From: the human T2T-CHM13v2.0 reference genome, Homo sapiens
Assembly: GCF_009914755.1 (NCBI RefSeq)
Contig: NC_060929.1
Reading direction: 5' to 3' (one strand)
DNA length: 64,000 bases
Shown here: positions 54,363-64,000 of the stretch, piece by piece
Numbering within the stretch: position 1 is the first letter of the stretch
Layout: every line of letters starts with the position of its first letter
Program-made: the position numbers and the translations under genes
The notes under the pieces: model-generated
Databases searched by the model: none
The model's input: the letters and a program-made list of their open reading frames with translations, nothing else
Told to the model about the DNA's origin: nothing

Positions 54363-55827
54363 CTAAGATCGAGCTACCCAGTAGAAATTACCTTAGTACT
54401 GCTTAGTTGATACTATTCTCTCACTAACTACTTGAGGTCTCAAGTCTTCCTGTGAAATTTCCAATGAACCCTTATAATGAGGTTTGCTGACTGGAAACAT
54501 CAAAAATAAGTCTAAATATCAAAGTAAAGTGTAGGGTGAAACATCTGTTCAATGCATAGACAATGCGGATCAATGTGGGAGCTATCTTAGCCCATTAATT
54601 TCTTTTTTATTATTAGAAAAAAGTTAAATTTAACTATGACAATGCATTTCCACTGAGGATGCGAGCAGTGCCAATAAGGGCCAATGAGATCATTTATAGA
54701 TTAGCTATAGTATTAACCACATCTCTGTTCAATCAACATAAATACATATACACGATTTAGACAGAGTGTAGCATCTTGGCTATGGAACTCTTGACAAATG
54801 GGTATTTATGGATGGCTAACATTTCTTGAAAATTAACTTCATACTTGTACACAGCCAAACTCTTTTATCTTAATTTTATTAGAATCATTTCCAAAATAAA
54901 TCACTTATTTGCCTGACTCTTTCAATGAAGAATATTAATAACTCAAGTTTATCATTATAATGATTATTAAAGCCTTCATTTTCATAATCATGAGATTTAA
55001 TAGTAAGTCAGTGACCACTGAAACCAATCACCTTCTAAATGCTTAAGTCACCTGATTGACAACCTGCCAAGATGCCATCTCCCTGAACCTGTACCCATTT
55101 ACTTATGACAGCTCACTTCTTTCTTTGGCTGCCTATTGATTTTTTCAGTTTTGTGAATTTATTGTGTATATTAAATCAAAATCAGTACCTTTATACTGGT
55201 TACCTTTTGGTTTTAGTGCTAACGTTCGGGGCCATTCAAATTTAAACCCTTTTCCAATTAGAGTTCTTCAAATATCTGAAAATAATTATCATGGTACACA
55301 AAGTCTTCTCTTTTTCTTCATTTCTCATTTGCTTCATGAATCATTATTGTTTACTTTGTGCTGGACCCTACTCTAGATGTTGGGAATATATGTAGTATTA
55401 AATAAGACCAATAAGTTTCTGCCCTCATCAAACTTACTGGTGTAGAAGATAATAGACAAGAAAATAAATAAGCAAACAAGATCATTACAGATCACAGGAA
55501 GTATCAAGAAGACACTAACTAAATAGGGTTCTGCTCTGGAAAGTTACTGGGAGACACTGAGTGCATAGGGAAGGCTCCCTATCCGACCAGAGACCTGAAA
55601 GTTAAAGCTCCACCCAGAAGAAAAGCCAAGAGAAAAGCCCTTTAGACAGAAAAAACAGTAAATTAATTCACTGTCAGAGAAGGAAACTCTCAAAATCATC
55701 AAGGAATATGAAGGAGGCAGCTGTGGCTGGAGAGGTAAGAGTCGGGGGGTAAAGGGCCTGAGATAAGGGGGAGAGGGAGGCAGTACCTGATCATGTAGGG
55801 ACTTGGTAGAAGCCTTCCATTCCCTTC

Positions 55828-56241
55828 TTTCATGCACGTCCGTGAGATGAGACCACCAAACAGGCTTTGTGTGAGCAACAAGGCTGTTTATTTCACCTGG
55901 GTGCAGGCGGGCTGAGTCCGAAAAGAGAGTCAGCGAAGGGAGATAGGGGTAGGGAAGTTTTATAGGATTTGGATAGGTAAAGGAAAATTACAGTCAAAGG
56001 GGGGTTGTTCTCTGGCGGGCAGGTGTTGGGGTCACAAGGTGCTCAGTAGGGGAGCTTTTGAGCCAGGATGAGCCAGGAGAAGGAATTTCACAAGATAATA
56101 TCATCGGTTAAGGCAGGAACAGGCCATTTTCACTTCTTTTGTGGTGGAATGTCATCAGTTAAGGCAGGAACTGGCCATCTGGATGTGTACCTGCAGGTCA
56201 CAGGGGATATGATGGCTTAGCTTGGGCTCAGAGGTCTGACA
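55828..56241 (-). mobile_element. HERV-H solo LTR7 (LTR7up-like)
   Basis: Minus strand starts TGTCAGACCTCTGAGCCCAAGCTAAGCCATC and ends GGACGTGCATGAAA; perfect TSD CCTTC at 55823-55827 and 56242-56246; internal direct repeats at 56101-56128 and 56152-56178. Confidence 0.95.
55958..55964 (-). promoter_or_regulatory. LTR7 TATA box (TATAAAA)
   Basis: TTTTATA on + at the expected U3 position; LTR poly(A) signal AATAAA on - at 55887-55892. Confidence 0.65.
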
Positions 56242-56611
56242 CCTTCCAAATGCAATGGCAAGTGACAAACATGACAGCAATAAATCTGAGGTACATTTCT
56301 GAAAATCACTCTGGCTTCCTGAACCTTACAAATTCCTGTAACCATTTCTCACAGGAATGATTGCTTCTCTAATCCTGCTCTAGGTATTCTACATTCTCCT
56401 CCAGAAGGGAGTCTGTAAATGAAGGCAGAGCTTTCCATGTGATCTGATCATTCAAAGTTAGGTGAAAATAATTACCTCAACTCCTTTAATGTTCTCCTCC
56501 TTTACTTAATACAACTCAAGATTAAGATTTCCTTCGGGGTATTCCAGGGATAGAAACCAAATAAGCTTATCAGAATCTAAAGTAAATAAACCCTATTTGA
56601 GGGCTTAAAGG

Positions 56612-57168
56612 CAGCAATTCTCAGTCTTGCCTGCCCATTGGAAATATCTGGGGACCTTCTAAAAACCCCTAGTGTGCAGACAACATCCCAGACCAATTAA
56701 ATCAGAATCTCTGAGGGTATTATTTTTCAGATCCCAAGATGATGTTATTATGCACTCAAAAGACAAACACCACGAGAGAATGGCTAGCACTGTGCTCCCC
56801 AAACTTTAATATATAGACAAATCATCCGAGGATCTTGTTAAAAACATATCCTGATTCAGTAGGTCTGGGGTAGGCCCTAAGAATCTGAATTCTTAAATAG
56901 CTTCCAGGTGATACCTTTGCTACTCGTTTAAGAACTAAACTTTGAGTAGCAAAGGGCTTAGCCCAAAGGTTCTCACAACATGCACCAGAATCACCTGGTG
57001 GCAGGAAGTGGGGGAGGGGCAGTTGTTAAAACACAGGTTGCTGGGCCCCATCCTCAGAGATTCTGATCCAGTAGATCTGGGATGAGGCCTGAGAATTTTC
57101 ACCTCTAACAAATTCTCAGGTGATGCTGTTGCTGTTGGACCAGGGACCACACTGAAATCCACTGGACT
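56612..57168. mobile_element. Cluster of three MER5-family (hAT-Charlie) elements (~56612-56770, ~56788-56955, ~56960-57168)
   Basis: AATTAAATCAGAATCTCTG, TGATTCAGTAGGTCTGGGGTAGGCC and TTCTGATCCAGTAGATCTGGGATGAGGCCTGAGAAT cores. Confidence 0.75.
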
Positions 57169-59690
57169 AGTCGATTAGCAAAAACCACGTGAACTGTAGT
57201 CTTTCAAGTTTGGAGCACAGACTTTATAATTTTAACTTCCATTACCCAGGATGCTTTTCACCTATTTTCATTCTTCCCTGAATTCCATTTGGGCACACTG
57301 TTATTGTACATTCTCCTGAGGAAAATGCTAGCTAAAAGGAGTTTTATTTGGGGAAGGAGAAATGTGACAATAATAGGCCAGCAAATGTGCTTTGGATGAG
57401 GAAAGGGAAATGTATCTGAAACACTGAAGCTTCCCCTGATATGTCTTATCACTAAAAGCAGCTTAGGCTAAATTTTGAATTGTCTCTTTCTCATAGATTT
57501 TAGCTGTAGTGTGCAAACAGTTTTCCCATTTAACAAAAACTTTAATGTTCTGCATTATGTTTTCATTGTGTGTCTGCCTCTCTGATTTCTTGTTTGCTTT
57601 GTTCCAATGCATCTTTGTGTCTCTTTCTTGTGAACATGCTGCATAATGCAAACTAATAAAAATATATGCCTCCAAAGTGTGGAGAGTTGAGTGCCACAAA
57701 TAGAAAATAAAGTGAATTGTTCTTCCAACATCAAGTGTTTCTCAGGAAGCATTTTTTTTTCTGAAGAATATTTTTCCCTCAGGCTGATTTGCATACCAGG
57801 AAAGTGACATATATATTATACTTCATCTGTTATATATATTTCCAAGGTGACATCACTTATTGTTTTCTTTGTATTATGGTAGGACAATTATTTAAATTGT
57901 TCTATTAATAAAATGTGTTTTAAGTAATGAACCAGGGCATCTCTATTTTCCCTATATAAATGTTTATTTACTCAATAAATAAGTTTCTGTTCATGTCTAG
58001 GACTTCAAAATAATATGTGATAAAATATCTATAAAGTAGATATTTTTAAAACTACCACACTTAGCAATTTTCTGTGCATCAGTTAAGAATTCATATGGTT
58101 ATGATATAATCAAAACCTTTTTTAAAAACCCTAAAACAATTATGATACAATTCACCTCAAAATAGCATAGAATCTTATAGCTCTAAATTGTGGTATGACA
58201 ATGGTAGCAGCAAACTTGTCAAATCAGATGAGAGAGTGCAGGATTAGAAAGCTCCAAGTGTTCTATCAATCACTTATTATTCCCAGAAAAAAAGGGACAA
58301 TAATAGAAGATATACTGAGACAACATAACAGGATTTTTTTCTCCTATTTAATTTAAAATGTCAAATTAGTTTTTAAAACCCTCTCAATTAGAAATGTACT
58401 CTGAAGGATAACCAAAAAAAGTCCCTTTGAGCTGTATTTTATTGTTATTTTTAAGAAAATAGAAACCAAAGTTTTGGCTTGAAGACTTACCTAGAGTAAA
58501 TCTATTCTGGCAGAAACCCAAACAGATACTAGAAGTTTCACATCAGAAAATGGGATTTGATTGACATCCCGCTTGAAATCCATCTTGATAGTTTAAGAAA
58601 ATCATTGAGTTAACAGAGAGTGCCTTGCAAAAACAGTACAGAAAAACCAAGGAACATTCTGAGACTCAGATTCCATGAGATAAATGTTAGAAAGGTAAAT
58701 TTTGGGCAATGAGTTCAAGATACATGGCTTCATTATTTCTTTATTGACTCACTGGGATTACCCAGTATTGACCAGCAGCAGGAGTCATAGCTGGAAATGC
58801 ATTCCCAAAGTCACTAGGTTATGAGTATTGCAGGTGCATGCGATCTGTTTGTTTGTTTTTAAGTGAGTTTGTATTTGCGGGCAGCCCTTGGGGACAATTA
58901 GAATTTTGGCAGCTGAGAAGGCAAAATGACTAACAGGACTTGCAGCCAAAATAGCTTTACATAGAAATTCTTATGAAAGCCAATACTAAGTATACACAAT
59001 TTCGTCTATGACTAAGATCCTAGAGATGGAAGAAACTAAAATTAAATTATTGGTTAGAATGACATTGCTATAAAAGAACATGGCATTTGGCCCCCCTGAA
59101 AAAAATCAAACCCCAAAAGTAATTATAAATGTAAGGTATCCTGACTGGGAGAAAATGCTACTTAGAGTTCCACAGAGGTCCTTTAGAACCCAGTATCATT
59201 CAACATTTTTATTAACAGCTTTGAGTGGAGATGTTAATACTAATCAAACTTATAAATGGTTAGAATTACAGTGTTTTAGAAAATTAAGATTAAAGTCGAA
59301 TATAAGCATGAAAAGTTTGAGAAATGGGTGAAAAACGATAAAATGCAACATTCAATAAAGGAAAAATGTGAAGTGGTTTACACAGAAAATGGTGAGTACT
59401 ACAAAACACTAACAAGAACAAAACACTGAAAAGTATGAGAAAAACGGAAAGTATCAATAATGTGTCACTAACACAAAAATGCTATATTTTATTCTTCATT
59501 TAAAATAGTATTTAATACATTGAGTGAATTTCATTTGCATCACTTTGCTTTAGGACAAGTGAAATTTGAAGTTCATTGTGGCAGAATTATGTAATAACAG
59601 ATAGTCCAATTACATCATTCAGAAGAGAATAGAGGAATTAATAAAAGGTTAAGAAAGAAATACCTTCATGGCAAAAGTTATAGAAAGTTA

Positions 59691-60033
<343 letters not shown>

Positions 60034-60069
60034 TTATAGAACTCTTGAGTAATACATAAATAGAAAGTA

Positions 60070-60660
60070 GTAGTAAGTGTAATGGTTAAAAGACTTTTTA
60101 GAGCTATACGTATGGGTTTGCATCTAATATGGTTTGGCTCTGTGACCCCACCCAAATCTCATTTTGTAGCTCCCATAATTGCCACATGTTGTGGGAGGGA
60201 CCTGGTGGGAGATGATTGACTCAATCATGGGGGCGGGTCTTTCCTGTACTGTTCTCGTGATAGTGAATGGGTCTCACAAGAGCTGATGGTTTTAAAAGCA
60301 GTAGTTTCTCTGCACAAGCTCTCTCTCTTTGCCTGCTACCATCCATGTAAGATGTGACTTGCTCCTCCTTGCCTTCTGCCATGACTGTGAGGCCTCCCCA
60401 ACCATGTGGAACTGTAAGTCCAATAAACCTCTTTCTTTTGTGAATTGCCCAGTCTTGGGTATGTTTTTATCAGCATTGTGAAAACTGACTAATATATATC
60501 CTACCTCTTCAACTTCTTACCATGCACAAAAAAATAAAGTCATGATTTAGTAAGTTTCCTCAATTCTCTAAATTTCCTTATCTGTAGAATATAGAAAATG
60601 AAGGTATCTAGGATTGGACAATTGTTGTGAGAATTAAGTGTGATAATACATTTAGTGCAG
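60070..60660 (+). mobile_element. MIR split by a THE1 LTR
   Basis: GTGTAATGGTTAAAAG...GGGTTTG left of the LTR; TTTCCTTATCTGTAGAAT...TTGTTGTGAGAATTAAGTG right of it. Confidence 0.65.
60125..60496 (+). mobile_element. THE1A/B solo LTR
   Basis: TAATATGGTTTGGCT...CCATGTAAGATGTGACTTGCTCCTCCTTGCC...GACTAATATA. Confidence 0.9.
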
Positions 60661-62139
60661 AGTTTGCATTGGTTTCTGGGTCTCATTTCCTTCATTAATT
60701 AATCAAATTTAGTTAAAATGATGCTTTTCTAAAGTCGAAGAGAGGCAATGCTAGAGTAGATCCCAAATAAGAGTGTTTTGTTTGTTTGTTGTTTATTTTT
60801 GTTTTTAATTTTCTTTCCAGAAAAACCAAAGGAAGGAGATCACCAAATATAGATTATTTTAAGACCAAGTTATCCTTTCCCTCAAAATAAAGGGAATGTT
60901 CTAACTCAGGTTCCCAAATTTGCAGACAAAGCTTGTTTATGATATTTTACCTTTCAGAAGTGCCTTTTGTCCTTGGAATATGGATTACTCTTACTCTATC
61001 TTCTGTGCCTTAAATTAAACTTCTCAACACATTCTTTCCTACCTAAACCCTGTATATTCTCATCTTTTCTCATTCCAAGATACATATAATCTGCAGTCTA
61101 CTTTTTTTCCAGCCTCTTCCCTTAAAGGTCCACATTTCTTATCACTTCTCTGACCACTTTGATCAAACTTTGGCTTTCCTGGATGTCATATGAAATATGA
61201 GATATTCTATGAGGAGTGTTGAGAGGACTTTGGGAGAAATCTAGACCAAGAACCTGTAACGTTATAACTAAACACACCATTCCATGTATTTTATTGTATG
61301 TAGTTATCAAAAATATTTTCATGTAACTTTAAGAGAATTTACTAAAGAAAGGTATAATTTTCCTAATTTAATGTACATCTAAGTGTCTAAAAGGGAGAGA
61401 ACACATCATATATGTAGATAGGTGTGAATATGAAGTCAATCATGGTAAGCGCCTTGCAGTCTTTCATGATTCATGAAGCCTGTCACTGAGATACAGGATA
61501 TCTGGTGGCAGGTGAAGGCTCCAATTTTGTTGAAATAGATCGTTTAGTACTGTGAAGGCTGTTAAAAATGAAACTATTTATATAATAAAAAGAAAATAAT
61601 TCATTGCCTACATCTGTCTGCTGAAATTTAATAAAAACTGGTTATTCAAATGACATATTTTTACATGCAATGTGAGAATTCAGGGATGGATGCAACAAAC
61701 ACAAAGAAATAATGGAGAAATTCTCACTAGGAGTTTGAACAAATCTTAAATTTAGTAAGTCCAAAATTAAACTCGTGCTTTTCCCCTGACAATGTTTAAC
61801 TTTATCTTAGCCCTGTGCTCTCACTCGCTTGTGTTCAAATAAATGGGGAACCACAAAGAACCATCCCGCCCTTTAATATTCCAAGATAACCCATCTCTAC
61901 CTTCCTTAATGACTCAGTTAAGAGCCCTCTCAACTCCTTCTCACCATTCTCAGAAGATAACCTGGTGACATTCTTGCCTATCTGCCCTTCATGCAAGGCC
62001 TCTTTTCTTATCTTTGAGATCATCCTAGTTAATGAACTATCTCCCTATTACAACAGACTTTATAAAACCATCCCCTTAATTGTCTGGTGCATTTTGTCTA
62101 GAAAAACCTATTTCAACTCTTAGTTGATGGCAAATCCAA

Positions 62140-62453
62140 TTTTTTTTCTTTTTTTTCTTTTTTTTTTTTTTTGAGAGAGGGTCTTATTCTGTCTCCCAGG
62201 CTGGAGTGCAGTGGCACAGTCACAGCTCACTGCAGGCTCAACCTCCCTGGGCTCAGGTGATCCTCCCACCTCAGCTGCCCAAGTAGCTAGGAACACAGGT
62301 ACACACCACCATGCCCACCTAATTTTTGTTTTTTGTGGGTTTTTTTTTTGTAGAGATGGGGTTTCACCATGTTGCAGAGGCTGGCCTTGAACTTCTGGCT
62401 CCACCTTGGCCTCCCAAAGTGCTAGGATTACAGGTATAAGCCATAGTGCCCAG
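62140..62453 (-). mobile_element. AluJ-like with small left-arm deletion
   Basis: Poly-T plus antisense dimer; TSD TGGCAA(A/T)TCCA at 62128-62138 and 62454-62464. Confidence 0.9.
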
Positions 62454-63390
62454 TGGCAATTCCATCTTGATGGCAGCTCAAGCCAAAACCCTGGAAGTCA
62501 TTCTTGACTCCTCTTTTTCTCAAGCATCCCCATCCAATCTACCAAGGAAGGAATCCTTTTGGTTTTAACCTCAAAATACATCCGGAATCCTATCACTTCT
62601 AACCAATTCCATTGCTAACCCTATGGTTTGAGCCATTACCATCTCTTGCACAGATTATTTTAAAAACCACCCCACAGGCCTCTCAGCTTCCACTTTTGCC
62701 TGGCTATAGTATATTCTCAACAAAATTACATGAATGAACTAAAATTCAGATCATGGCATTTATCTGCTCAAAATTCTCCAAAGGTTACCAACTTCAGTCA
62801 GAGTTCTTACAATGGCTTAGAAGTTCTCTATGTTGTGGTTTCTCCATGACCTCTCTGAACTCATCACCTACGAGTCTCACTTGAATCTGACAAAACTAGC
62901 CTCTTTTCTCTGTCTTGAATAGCCAAGCATGCTTCCACCACAGAATCTTTGCACTGGCTATTTCCTCTGACTTAAATTCCCTTTTTTCAGATAGCTACAT
63001 GGATCACTCTATCACCTCTTTCAAGTGTTTGCTCAAATGTCACTTTCTCAGTGAAGGCCATTCTAACCACCCTTTCAAAACTTGCACATACAAACTGGCA
63101 TTCTGCATCCCATTATCATGTCCTATTTTTCCCAAAGCACTTTACACCTTTTAATATATTATAGAATATCCTCATGTCTATGATTATTGCCTATCTCCTC
63201 CTCTAGGAGGGAGAAAGATTTTTATGTTTTATTCATTAATGCATATCTCAGTTCCTCTTTTCTGTTTCATTGCTATATCCCTAGTGCCTAAAAGAGTGTC
63301 TGACACATAGTAGGTAGTTCACTAAACATCTGTTGAAAGATTGATTAGCCAAACAACTAATTGATTGGTTGAATGAATGAATAAATGAAT
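62454..63390 (+). mobile_element. L2 3' portion (probably extends left of the Alu)
   Basis: GCTCAAGCCAAAACCCTGGAAGTCATTCTTGACTCCTCT, GCTCAAATGTCAC, GTGTCTGACACATAGTAGGT and terminal (TGAA)n. Confidence 0.85.
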
Positions 63391-64000
63391 ATAATAATAC
63401 TATCTGTTTAAAGTAATAATAAGTGCTGCAGCTGCAGCTATGCACTGCTAATCTGAATTATTTCCCATTCTGATTGTATTCAACTTTTTCTCAATACCCC
63501 TAGTTCTCTTTCCAGGCTCTGAATGTGGTAAGAAACCATTAGTATTGCTGTGTTTCTAGTACCATGGACACCACACATGCATTACCATAATCACACAGCC
63601 CTACACAGGAAAATAGTGAGGAAATGGCATAAGCTAAGCTGTGAAGCAGACAAGAATATGTCCATCAGATAATTCTGATTGTGAATTCATTAAAAACTAG
63701 AAGACTCCGATGAAATCAGTTGGAGTGTATATCAAAATTATACTCTCAAGATCAAGCCATAGGCTGCTAGGCATTTAATCAAGCCAAGAATATTCATTCT
63801 TGACAAGTACTATATAAACTGGCAGAATGTAAATTGAGGAAATAAGAGACTCTTTAGCCCTCTCTTTTATTGAAAAGAGATTCTTGATTGGTCTAGGAGG
63901 GGACCACAGGATTAATTTAAAATTTGTAACAATAATTCTTAAGGCCTTTCTTTTAACTAGTTCATTTTCAATTTCCCTATTAATTACACTGACTTGATTT

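Larger units (their letters stand above)
55320..56325 (-). mobile_element. L2 fragment interrupted by LTR7
   Basis: TTCTGCCCTCAT..., CAGCTGTGGCTGGAG, GATCATGTAGGGACTTG and AATCACTCTGGCT are antisense L2 blocks on both sides of the LTR. Confidence 0.65.

Noticed and set aside
56101-56178. Direct repeats with a spacer resembling a CRISPR unit
   Set aside because: These are the known internal U3 repeats of LTR7 in eukaryotic DNA; only two units.
63425-63438. 14-bp palindrome GCTGCAGCTGCAGC
   Set aside because: Simple short repeat-derived palindrome with no supporting context.

Overview
AT-rich primate (human-like) genomic DNA, gene-poor and dominated by interspersed repeats. I found no supportable host protein-coding exon, RNA gene or CRISPR array; the long ORFs in the track are L1 ORF1/ORF2 remnants, Alu or antisense-repeat translations, or chance ORFs. 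Main content: two near full-length old L1s with target-site duplications (TSDs) (L1PB-like 3776-10911; L1PA8-11-like 45384-52116), several truncated L1PA/L1M copies, about 18 Alu/FLAM/FRAM copies, LTRs (MLT2A, THE1/MST, MLT1, a solo HERV-H LTR7), MER DNA transposons, MIR and L2, many of them nested. The most unusual structures are: (i) a 2.1-kb TSD-flanked L1 whose complete 5'UTR is fused by microhomology to the last ~1.07 kb, putting an ORF2 C-terminal AUG where the ORF1 AUG normally sits; (ii) two templated-insertion scars inside old L1s (7308-7352 and 18377-18410); (iii) a short L1 3' transduction (27683-27705); (iv) an LTR7up-type solo LTR with TATA box and SOX-like motif. Subfamily names come from remembered consensus diagnostics and need RepeatMasker/Dfam confirmation.
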